Shown here piece by piece: positions 31,057 through 40,000 of a stretch of DNA of 40,000 nt (positions are counted from its first letter, which is position 1; every line of letters begins with the position of its first letter). The stretch lies in assembly GCF_039871975.1 (NCBI RefSeq), contig NZ_JBDPLL010000001.1. One strand, written 5' to 3'. This DNA comes from Trichormus azollae HNT15244. Lineage in GTDB: Bacteria > Cyanobacteriota > Cyanobacteriia > Cyanobacteriales > Nostocaceae. The notes beneath the pieces were generated by a model. That model saw nothing but the letters and a program-made list of their open reading frames with translations. It was not told the DNA's origin and ran no database searches. The translations under genes and the position numbers were made by a program.

Positions 31057-31860
31057 TCAACTATCCTCATCATGGTGTTGATTTTTTAGGGTTTGTAGTT
31101 GTTGTTCAAGCTTCTCAATTTGGGAAACCAAGGAACGAATTATTCCTGCTTCTATATCAGGTAACTTGCCATGTTCTAGGGGAGAAAGACGTTTGCTTTG
31201 TTTATGGGAAATAATGCGGCCAGGAATACCCACAACGGTAGAGTCTGGAGGAACATCACGTAGCACAATTGAACCTGCACCTATACGCACGTGATCGCTA
31301 ATTTGAATATTTCCCAAAAGCTTCGCACCGGCACCCACAACAACATTATTAGCTAAAGTTGGATGACGTTTACCAATTTCTTTCCCAGTGCCACCCAGAG
31401 TTACACCTTGATAAATAAGTGCATAATCTCCCACAATGGCAGTTTCGCCAATCACAACACCCATGCCATGATCGATAAATACACCTTTACCAATTTCCGC
31501 ACCTGGATTAATTTCAATCCCGGTTAAAAACCTTCCCAAGTGGGAAATTAAACGGGGAATAAAACCCACTTTACCGATGTGTAACCAGTGCGCGAGACGA
31601 TGTAAACAAAGAGCATGAAATCCAGGGTAACAAAAGATAACCTCTAACCAACTACGTGCCGCTGGATCACGCTCAAAAATGATCCGAAAATCACTCATTA
31701 ATGGCTCAAAAGAACCGCCAGGACGTTGATTTTGCCGCGAGTCTGTAATTGCAGTTTGGGTTTGACTGGTACTCTCTAAAGACTGTTGCATCGGTACTGT
31801 CTGGTTAAAAGAGCCATGTTGTATTTTTCTGCTTATATCAGGTGACGCGAAAGGAGACAA
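31057..31860 (-). CDS. cysE: Serine O-acetyltransferase (CysE; nifP-type position at the head of the nifVZT unit)
   Basis: [20 protein letters not shown], then hexapeptide repeats [24 protein letters not shown]...[13 protein letters not shown]. The true start may be an internal Met (for example M24 at 31791). Confidence 0.9.
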   Translation of the reverse strand: MSPFASPDISRKIQHGSFNQTVPMQQSLESTSQTQTAITDSRQNQRPGGSFEPLMSDFRIIFERDPAARSWLEVIFCYPGFHALCLHRLAHWLHIGKVGFIPRLISHLGRFLTGIEINPGAEIGKGVFIDHGMGVVIGETAIVGDYALIYQGVTLGGTGKEIGKRHPTLANNVVVGAGAKLLGNIQISDHVRIGAGSIVLRDVPPDSTVVGIPGRIISHKQSKRLSPLEHGKLPDIEAGIIRSLVSQIEKLEQQLQTLKNQHHDEDS

Positions 31861-31884
31861 AACAGCAGATACCGATTGGATCTA

Positions 31885-32040
31885 TTGAATTTATTACGAT
31901 TGTACTCAATAGGTTTAAGCCCCTATTGTACCCCTATTGTACAGAAGGTTACATTTTTTGTTGGGGTAGGGGTACTAGTTTTTTATCACAGGGGTACTGG
32001 TATTTTTGGGGTAGGGTTTGAGATTTTTTGTACTCAAGAT
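31885..32040 (-). promoter_or_regulatory. GTAC-box module upstream of cysE (copy B)
   Basis: ATTTATTACGATTGTACTCA (31889..31908), 2 x CCCTATTGTAC (31921..31942), GGGGTA(C/G) at 31963/31969/31991/32008, and TTTTGTACTCA (32026..32036). Confidence 0.6.
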
Positions 32041-32473
32041 AGATCTATGTTGCTTATGAGACTTTCAGCGATTTAAGCAAGATATTTTCAGATATATTAA
32101 GTTCTACTCTTATGCTCAGAAACATCACCTTTATGACAGGAAATATAGGCTTTATGTATTTGCTGCTACTATTATTAGTATTAATAGAGTAGAGTTTTGG
32201 TAGCCAAAAACCGGATTTCTTTATTTTGTTTTAGGATTTGTTTGCTTTATGTGCGATTATTTTAAAATAAAAATACGGAGAGTAAAAGTTCGGAAATTAT
32301 AGAGTTTATCTAGGTGCTTATGGTATAATCTAAAAAATGACGAACACCACAAGACTTATGCTCAAAATAGTCCAAGGTATTTATCGAGACAGACAGATTA
32401 AATTTACCGAACTTCCCAAAGATGTAAACAATAGATAAGTTAGATAAGTTTTTTTTGTACTGCTGAGGCAACT

Positions 32474-33009
32474 ATGCAATCTCCTATCCTCACCAACCCA
32501 TTAGACCATTTTCTTCAGCAACCCAATATTGAAGCCTCTCCTTCTTGGGAGTTAAGGGGCGACAAAGAACCTAAGGAGCTTCCTGTATAAGGGTTATGGC
32601 CTTTAGACCCTACTGATAAAATGTCCACTTATTGCGAATAAAAATTGATGAGTTGTTCCATTAACAAGACCATTATCTTCCTATCTTCAGGGTTTATACT
32701 GACGTAGCCGCCTGATGACTTCACAGTTAACTGTCAATAAGCACCGTTTTTTTTATCAATCTTTTCAAGGGATCTATCACGTAAAACCTCTGTCCTGTGA
32801 TGGTTTTACCTTCCTTGTCGCCCCCTCAAGGGAGGGTATTTATCCAGGGACAAGCCCAGCAACAACGCATGCCAACGCTATTTCATTCCCGCCTCCAACG
32901 TAACCTTGTTAATGCCATCAATAGCCAAACTACCGCCTACGAAGCTATTCAAGAACTCCAGTGTATCCTACCTCCCATGTCTCCCGTACCTGATATGGTA
33001 ATAAGCTAA
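32474..33009 (+). pseudogene. Uma2-family endonuclease, disrupted
   Basis: MQSPILTNPLDHFLQQPNIEASPSWELRGDKEP, then a stop. It resumes in another frame as LQRNLVNAINSQTTAYEAIQELQCILPPMSPVPDMVIS. Confidence 0.6.
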
Positions 33010-34205
33010 AAATTTGTTGAGCCAAAGCAGTAGGAGAAAGCGCCCCCGTTGCGGCTAAAATACTCATTATTTGATGATAAAGCAAACTTAAAGGACATTT
33101 GATTGGCTGAATTGGTTCAATCGAACGTTCTTCTAAATAAAGTTGAATAGTAGAAATACCCGGGCAACTTTTGCAGTGTATTTATTGTGGTAATGAAGTT
33201 TCTGCTAATGGTTTTTCTTCTGCACAAATAAAATGCATATCCGCAGACTCTCCCCGGCTGCCACTTCTTCCCAATCTTTGTGAAAAACTAGCAACAGATA
33301 AAGGCGATTCTAACTGAATAACTCTTTCTAAATAACCAATATCTATACCTAATTCTAATTCTAGAGTCAAAGTTGCAGCAGTTACAGCCAGAGTATTACG
33401 TTCAAGCATAGCGTTTTCAGCAGTTTGTCTATCTTCAGTCGGCAGAAATACTACTGTGAGGGACATAATATATATCTGTAAATCCTTCTGTTCTGGCGAT
33501 TTGATGCAAAGAAGAAACAATAGATTCTTTTTGGGTACAGTAGTTAGCAAATATTAGACATTTGCGAGATTTAGTGATCTTAGAAATATATTTATCATAA
33601 TCTAATTTGTCAGATTCTTTCTCCAGATAAGAATGTTCTACAGCCAGTTTGAGTTGCCGATTTACAGATTCAATCTTTGGTGTAATTACTGGCTTTCCTA
33701 TTCCTGACCTTAACCATTTTTTACCCATTGAGTAATCACCGAGAGTTGCGGATAAACCAATGCGTCGAGGTCGGGTTCTGGTTAATTTTGCTAAACGTTA
33801 TTATTCACAAATAATTTGATAACCTCTTTCTGAACCCATAAGGGCGTGAATTTCATCAAAAATGACAAAACGTAAATTACCAAACAATTCTATTAATTTC
33901 TTATGTTTGTTAATTAATAAACTTCCTAGAGATTCTGGTGTAATTTACAGAATACCTTGAGGATTTTTTAAAAGTTGGTTTTTGTGACTTTAAGGAACAT
34001 CACTATACTAAGAATATACAGATATATCTGCGGTTTGTAATAAATCATTGAGCCGTGCAAATTGGGCATTCATTAAAGCTTTGATAGGACTAATATACAA
34101 TATCCCGATTGTGGTAGCGGGGGTTTCTTGTAGTAACGTTAAAACTGTTAAAGATGCAGCTTCTGTTTTTCCGGCAGGGGTGGCCACAGCAACTAGTAAA
34201 TGATT
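33000..34205 (-). pseudogene. Lhr-like (BrxHI-like) DEAD/DEAH-box superfamily-2 helicase, truncated at both ends and frameshifted
   Basis: Walker A region VAVATPAGKTEAA (about 34190), DEIH box FVIFDEIHALMGSERG, GLSATLGD, HSSISADRRQTAENA, motif V/VI TLELELGIDIGYLERVIQLESPLSVASFSQRLGRSG, then LYLEERSIEPI...LLYHQIMSILAATGALSP. Several stops are present. The N-terminus is cut by an IS and the C-terminal half is missing. Confidence 0.75.
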
Positions 34206-35049
34206 ATATATATTAAATACAGCATAATAAATAGCAATATATGCTGATACATAACTTACATATTGACAAAGTAGTAAAATAGTGTAGTGATAAGAAATGT
34301 CATCTACTTAGCAGGTATCGGAGAATTAGAGAAATAACTAAACCTTCTACAGTAAAATCCAATCTGGAACATTACACTCTGTTGTTGCTATCAGAACCAA
34401 AGCATGGGGAACGTTTCACATGACAGTGTGAATAGATTATTGCTCAGAGAGAGATACGAACCGAAAGATTTATTCGATACAGTAGGAAAAATCATAAATA
34501 TAGTAGGAGGGATTTTAAGTGTACATGACACAGTAGTAGGAAAATTGTATAGTGACCCAAAAGATGCAGAATTAATCAGTTATTTTTGGTCTGGGAAATA
34601 TCATAAGAGCATTGAAGGAATAAATTCAATTACACTGTAGTACAGTGATGTGTATGGAAATTCAGTACCAATAAATTACAGAATATACGACAAAAAGGAG
34701 GGAAAGACTAAGAACGATTATTTTCAGGAAATGCTCAAGGAAGTGATTGATTGGAGTGTAAAACCAAGAATAGTTACAGGAGACAGTTGGTATTCAGGGG
34801 TAGAAAGCTTCAAATTTTTAAAGAACCAGAAATTGGGTTTTCTATTTGGGATTGAGAAAAATAGAAGCGTATCAAATAAACCGGAAAAGTATTATCCATT
34901 AAGGAGTTTAGAAATTCTCGATGAAGGTTTAATAACTGATTTGAGAGCATTTAGATTGATCGAATTGTTTAGGCAAGACTTCAAAAAAGAAGACTCTAGA
35001 GACTATATAGTGTATCTACCAGATGAAGAAGCTCTCAATCAAATCACCA

Positions 35050-35107
35050 CTCATTGCTCAACCTCATACACTCAGCGATCGCTGAGTGTATGAGGTTGAG
35101 CAATGAG
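35050..35107. repeat. 58-bp perfect palindrome centred on a HIP1 site
   Basis: CTCATTGCTCAACCTCATACACTCAGCGA|TCGCTGAGTGTATGAGGTTGAGCAATGAG, with GCGATCGC at 35075..35082. Checked base by base. Confidence 0.95.
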
Positions 35108-35194
35108 GCTTTGATGGTAAAGTCATTGTAAAAGTAGCAATATTGCCCAAGGAAGGCATGAAGCTTAAGGCCAAAATCACACTGACCATTTTAC

Positions 35195-36271
35195 TGCGAT
35201 GTCAGACCCACTAATAGATCGTATAAAGTAACTAAAGCAACATAAATTGATAGATATTTTGACAATAGCCATCTGTGCAGTAATCTGCTCCGCAGATAGT
35301 TGGGTAGCAATTGAATTGTATGGATGCACAAAATATGAGTGGTTAAAAACGTTTTTAGAGCTACCAAACGGGATATCGTCACAGGATACATTTGCGCGAG
35401 TATTCGCACAATTAAATACGCAGCAATTTCAGTTATGTTTCTTAAACTGGATGAAAACAGTACAAAGCAGGACAGAGGCTGAAGTTGTGGCAATTGATGG
35501 AAAAACTTTATGTGGCTCTCATAATCAAAGTATTGAGCAAAGTCCAATTCAAATAGTGAGTGTATGGGCAACTACAAATAAATTAGTGTTAGGACAGGTG
35601 AAAGTAGACTCTAAATCGAATCAGATTACAGCCATCCTAGAATTAATCAAAGTTTTAGAGCTTAATCGTTGTATGGTGACGATTGATGCAATCCGTTGCC
35701 AAAAAGAAATTGTGAAATTAATTACAGAACAAAACGCAGATTATGTAATTTCTTTAAAAAAGAACCAAGGTAAAAGGTAATCTGTATGAGTCAGTAGAAT
35801 AGCTATTTAAGTTAGGGATAAGTACAGGCTTTCAAGAGTTTCAAGATAGCACATATAAAACCAAAGAGACAGACCATGGTCGTCATGAAATCCGCAATTA
35901 TATGATGTTATCTCCAATTAGGTTTCAGGTTGACCCTGATTCAGTTTGGTCAAATACAAAAAGTGTTGGAATGGTAGAATCTGTCCGACAAGTGGATGCT
36001 AAAACAAAAGTAGAGACTCGTTATTTTATTAGTGATGTTGAGGATAATGCCAAACAATCTGCTAATTCTGTCCGCAGTCATTAGTCATTGGGGAATAGAA
36101 AATTTATTGCATTGGGTATTAGATCTAGCTTTAAAAGAAGATGATTACCGGATTAGGAAAGATAATGCTCCACAAAATTTTGCAGTGATGCGACAGATAG
36201 CAGTCAATCTTTTGGGTAAAGAGAAACCCGTGAAGCGGGGGCTAAAAATAAACAGTTTTTGGCAGCAATAG
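35195..36271 (+). pseudogene. ISAs1-family transposase, multiply disrupted (nested insertion)
   Basis: DPLIDRIK-stop-LKQHKLIDILTIAICAVICSADSW, LPNGISSQDTFARVF, VAIDGKTLCGS, VTIDAIRCQKEIV, HWGIENLLHWVLDLALKEDDYRIRKDNAPQNF. These are the hallmark ISAs1 blocks spread over three frames. Confidence 0.8.
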
Positions 36272-37006
36272 ACAATAACTATTTAGAAAGGATTTTAGCT
36301 TTAGCATAAACTAGCTTGTCAATAATTTAGTTAAAATAGTTACTCATTTATGCCTGGATAATTAGCTAATTTATCCTTAGACAAGCAAGAGTTATTTTAA
36401 TATATATAAGTTAATTTGCTCCTTTGCAAAATAATCCATTTATTCTGTTGATCTTTTTGTTAATTCTTGCACTTATTTTGAAACTCTTAATTAGTTTTTG
36501 TTACGAAATAAGGTGCGTTTCCCCTGTTGGGGGATTGAACATTTTCAGAGAGCCATCAAACAAGTATGTGGAATTTGTGGACTTATGGTTAGAGATAGCC
36601 AAGCAATTGAAACACAGATATTTCGTTCACTTCAAGCATTTGTTCGTTTAGAAAAAATATGCTCTAAAAATATAATTTCTAATTGGTATGAATTGCAAAT
36701 GAACTTATTCACTTTAGTTGTGCGCAACTACATTGTGGATAGTCTTACCAATGCTGGTGCTGCTTAATACTTATTAATGAGTTCTTTGTCAATGCGTAAC
36801 TCCTATGCTCTTAGTTCTGTCCAATTGTGAAGATAAATGAACTATTGGATAAATGGTGCAAGTCTAGAGAATGTGCTCTTACTCATAGATGGAAGAATAA
36901 TCACAGAATACTATGTTTTACGCTAGTTGCTCACCTAAGTAAGCTTACAGTAACCTAGTAACAAGGAGTTAAGTTATAAAAGCAACGAAGCTGTAAAGTT
37001 AGCAAC

Positions 37007-37450
37007 ATGACAAATCAAAATTTGGGTGATTTTGCCAAAGAAATGCTATTAGTACGTTATGAAGTGCAGCAGCAACTAGGTAAAAAAACAGGACGGAGGA
37101 CGCTGCTAACTCATAATTCACAAACTCAAAAACTAGTATTGGTTAAACTACTGAGATTTGATGATGAGTTTCAATGGCACGATTTAAAGTTGTTTGAACG
37201 CGAAGCTAAAACCCTCAAATCACTTTCTCATCTAGCTATTCCCCGCTATCTAGATTATTTTGAATTAGATACACAAACCTACAAAGGATTTGCATTAGTA
37301 CAGAGTTACATTCCTGCTGAATCTTTGGAAACTCAACTGAAGGCAGGACGCAGTTTTAGTGAATAAGAAGTTAAACAGTTAGCAAAAGCATTACTATAAA
37401 TTCTGAAATATTTACACAATCAGCAACCACCTGTTATTCATCAATCATAA
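37007..37450 (+). pseudogene. Ser/Thr protein kinase, N-terminal lobe only, with internal stops
   Basis: RYEVQQQLGKKTGRRT, LVLVKLL, KLFEREAKTLKSLSHLAIPRYLDYF, a TAA after RSFSE, then EVKQLAKALL-stop-ILKYLHNQQPPVIH. It breaks exactly where HRD should follow. Confidence 0.75.
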
Positions 37451-38822
37451 ACTAAATTCGGCTGCATCATCATCTAAATCACCATCTTGACCTGCTAAGA
37501 TGGGTTTAAAATTAGCACCGTGAATTAATTCAGTAAATTTCATCTCTGGATTTTGTTAAATAACATTTAACACGCTAATAAAATCTCTAATGATTTCCCC
37601 TGGTGTCAATAATGCTTCTGCACCCAAGCGATTGATAATTTTTTGGACAAATTCTTTTAAATCACTATTCCTTAATATTTTTTAATACCCAAAATCAAGA
37701 GTATGAATATATGTTAACGCTGTAAAGGTGTGAGTATTTCTGTTTCTGTTAGGGGGTTCAGACGAATCACGGATCCTATCTATTCTTGTACATTGGCTTG
37801 GGTAACAAATCGGCTTTATTTGGTGCGTCTGCGCCAAGCTTGGTCTGCAAATAGTTCACGATTTGGGTCTTCTAAAAATTTTGTTGTTCCACCAATGAAA
37901 ATACCAATATTTTCAGCTTTACATTTTTACATTGCTTGGTATCATTAAAGATTACTAAAATTCTGTTGTAGTTTTTTTGACGAGTAACTGTGGTGGAAAT
38001 TTGATATAAATTTACAGCTTCATCTACTAAAATTAATAGTCCTCCATAGGCAATTTCGGCGACAAATCTAGCTAATAAGGCGACAAATCTAGCTAATAAT
38101 TTGATATAATTAAACCTAGCCTTATTATCAATGATGAAGCGTACTCCTAAAGCTGCCTTAGTTTCAGTTTTCGTGTTAAATTCTCCTCTTAACCACCGTA
38201 AACAGGCACTTTTTAATTCATCGTCGTCTAAGCGATAGCTCCGCCAATAGGCTATAATGACACTACCAAAATTAAAGTAGTGAACTAAATCCTCAATATA
38301 CTGAATTACTTCTCGAATTTTTGTTTCTACTTAGTCATCAAAACCTTCATCATTGGGGCGCATTTGAGTTTCTTTAGCTACTTCTTGCTGGATTTTATTA
38401 ATTCATCCTTCTAATATGGAAACTAAAGCACCACCATCAGATCAGGACGGGTTTTTGTAGCGAGATGACTCATGAATTCTCGATAGGTTGCTAAACCTTC
38501 ATTGTGACTTCCTGCTAGTCTGCATTCAGAGGATAAATCAGCATCAGCAACTATAAATCCTTGCTCCATTGCACGGTTACGAATAATTTGCAGCATGAAG
38601 CTTTTACCTGAGCCGTAGCCACCTATTATAAATCGAAATGCAGCTACACTTTCTGCAATATCATTGAGATTTTGTAATATGCCATTGAGTTCTTTTTCTA
38701 GACTTACTGCTATATGTTCAATTCCTCTTCTGGGTAGTACTCCTGCACCTAGTGAATTAATTAAAGCAGTGGATACTTTTTTCGAGGTTTTGAGCTTTGT
38801 AATGTAAACTACATTACTGGAT
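37445..38822 (-). pseudogene. DUF2791/BrxD-like P-loop ATPase, start lost and multiply frameshifted
   Basis: ALINSLGAGVLPRRGIEHIAVSLEKEL...FRFIIGGYGSGKSFMLQIIRNRAMEQGF (Walker A), RWLRGEFNTKTEAKAALGV, GGLLILVDEAVNLYQI (Walker B), RQKNYNRILVIFND, GIFIGGTTKFLEDPNRELF, LTPGEIIRDFISVLNV. It spans at least four frames and contains a 21-bp tandem duplication at 38058..38099. Confidence 0.7.
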
Positions 38823-38956
38823 TTTTAATCTCTATTACAAATAGCAAGTATATCATACGCAGTTGGGATATATGTTATTGGTCGATTTTGACTATCTAAA
38901 ATCCTAAGTTTATATCAGATATGTCAGCTATTGAGTAAGATTATCATTCTGATTGT

Positions 38957-40000
38957 TTAGGATTGAGTAATTAATTCTTCATGCTTGGTGATCATTTTTT
39001 TCACATTTAGTATATGCTCTTGATAAATTTCAGGTATTTCTGCATCTGTTTTAATAATTAGTTCCCCAAGGGTATGACTGGCAATTTCATTTATTGCATC
39101 CATTAATAAATTTGGCATGGTGATATGTTCTTCGGCGATTTGTTTGATAATAGCTTTGGGATTATCTTGAGCAACTATGGCTTTTAATACATAAATTTGG
39201 TTGGTTGGCAATTTTTCTAGAAAATTACTCCATTCTGGTGGTAAATTATCTGAAGTAGTACTTAAAGAATCTGTAGAACTTGAAGAATCTATGGGTTCTA
39301 GTATTTCATCAAAAGGAAATAATTCAATATCTTCTTGTATGTTTTTAGTTAATGCTTCCTGATGGAGAGTTTCCATGTTTTGGAGTAATTCCCAAACTTG
39401 GTTTTGCAACAAGTTGCGCTCATCTTGTAATAAAGAAATTTGATTGTGTAATTGGCTAATTTCTGATTGTTGTGCTTGTTTTCTGGTGTATAGGTCGGTG
39501 AGAATATTTTCGAGATTCTCTCTGGCGGTTATTGTATCTGTGAGTAAGTTATTTTGATTTGATACTTTGATTTCTAACTCGTGAATTTCGATTCTCAGTT
39601 CATAAAGTTTTTCGTCTAGTTGGGGTTTAAGTCGATTCATGAGAACTAGGTTATTTTCTATTTCCTGTTTTTCTTGCTTGAAGGCTTCAACTTGGGCTTG
39701 TAGTTGGGTAATTTCTGAACGTGATACGTTACAATTTAGTTCTAGACGGCGTTTTTCTGCTGCGAGTTCAGAGTAAGAATTATTAAGTTCTTCTATATTA
39801 TTTTGTAGTTGATGCAGTTCGGTTGTGAAATTATTAACTTCTAGTTCTAACTGCTTTTTTTGTCCAGCGAAGGTCCCTAGATCTCGATGAAGGCTATCTC
39901 TTTGATTACGACATTCTGCGATCTGATTTTGCAGTTGTTGTGATTCTGTATAGAGGATGGTTTTATGTTCTTCTACTTGTTTAATTTCTCTAGCAATCCG
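38957..40000 (-). CDS. Long coiled-coil protein with TerB-C-like C-terminal domain (5' end beyond the window)
   Basis: The frame is open from the window edge (checked codon by codon from 39641..40000) to the stop at 38957. More than 230 aa show heptad-rich Q/E/L/N text. The C-terminus is LPTNQIYVLKAIVAQDNPKAIIKQIAEEHITMPNLLMDAINEIASHTLGELIIKTD. The TerB-C resemblance is from memory. Confidence 0.6.
   Translation of the reverse strand, partial: RIAREIKQVEEHKTILYTESQQLQNQIAECRNQRDSLHRDLGTFAGQKKQLELEVNNFTTELHQLQNNIEELNNSYSELAAEKRRLELNCNVSRSEITQLQAQVEAFKQEKQEIENNLVLMNRLKPQLDEKLYELRIEIHELEIKVSNQNNLLTDTITARENLENILTDLYTRKQAQQSEISQLHNQISLLQDERNLLQNQVWELLQNMETLHQEALTKNIQEDIELFPFDEILEPIDSSSSTDSLSTTSDNLPPEWSNFLEKLPTNQIYVLKAIVAQDNPKAIIKQIAEEHITMPNLLMDAINEIASHTLGELIIKTDAEIPEIYQEHILNVKKMITKHEELITQS

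Larger units (their letters stand above)
34250..36807 (+). mobile_element. IS4/IS701-like insertion sequence, itself split by a nested ISAs1 element
   Basis: Imperfect terminal inverted repeats are CATAACTTACATATTGACAAAG (34250..34271) and CTTTGTCAATGCGTAACTCCTATG (36784..36807). The transposase halves are at 34404..35093 (SHDSVNRLLLRERYEPKDLF...TGDSWYSG) and 36498..36767 (WGIEHFQRAIKQVCGI...FVRLE). Confidence 0.6.

Noticed and set aside
31876-32076. 66-aa plus-strand ORF from the track upstream of cysE.
   Set aside because: It lies entirely within the GTAC-box repeat module and its peptide is low-complexity (GVGVLVFYHRGTGIFGVGF) generated by the GGGGTA repeats. No ribosome-binding site was noted.
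32337-32438. 33-codon ORF (MTNTTRLMLKIVQGIYRDRQIKFTELPKDVNNR) resembling the N-terminus of small cyanobacterial antitoxin-like proteins.
   Set aside because: It is too short and truncated relative to that family, and no toxin partner is adjacent. It is probably another gene fragment, not reported as a feature.
33000-40000. Type 2 BREX/Pgl interpretation (kinase as PglW, methyltransferase at 1039..2488 as PglX, plus BrxD and BrxHI).
   Set aside because: No PglZ- or PglY-like sequence is visible. The methyltransferase is 35 kb away across the nif island. The kinase fragment looks like the common small cyanobacterial Ser/Thr kinase family and is convergent with the ATPase. The TerB-C/DUF2791/helicase triad explains the data better.

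Overview
AT-rich cyanobacterial segment. I infer a heterocyst-forming Nostocales lineage from gene content (fdxH, hesA/hesB, fdxN), heptameric STRR-type repeats and HIP1 (GCGATCGC) sites. The core is a complete, uninterrupted Mo-nitrogenase island on the minus strand. It comprises nifB-fdxN-nifS-nifU-nifH-nifD-nifK-orf-nifE-nifN-nifX-DUF269-DUF683-nifW-hesA-hesB-fdxH-feoA-like (3998..19968) and a second unit, cysE(nifP)-small orf-DUF2949-nifV-nifZ-nifT (28223..31860). Every nif reading frame is intact, and nifD carries the empty target site of the classical nifD excision element. Almost everything flanking or separating the two nif units is decayed. This includes two IS66-like transposases, a Zn-ribbon DNA methyltransferase, a metallophosphoesterase, a gamma-glutamyltransferase stub, an IS5-like stub, a thioredoxin, two Uma2 nucleases and a Ser/Thr kinase. 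It also includes an IS4/IS701-like element with a nested ISAs1 element. Two leads stand out. (1) A ~150-bp GTAC-box module occurs in the same orientation upstream of both nifB and cysE(nifP), and is a candidate shared nif activator cis-element. (2) At 33000..40000 lie the wreck of a three-gene cassette predicted to be defence-related but not experimentally characterised: a coiled-coil protein with a TerB-C-like C-terminus (still open), a DUF2791/BrxD-like ATPase (pseudogene) and an Lhr/BrxHI-like helicase (pseudogene). An intact secreted-repeat-protein plus beta-barrel gene pair of unknown function also sits between the nif units. All family assignments come from reading the translations by eye; no database search was possible. 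The supplied ORF track uses alternative start codons and longest ORFs, so several starts were re-set to conserved N-termini.
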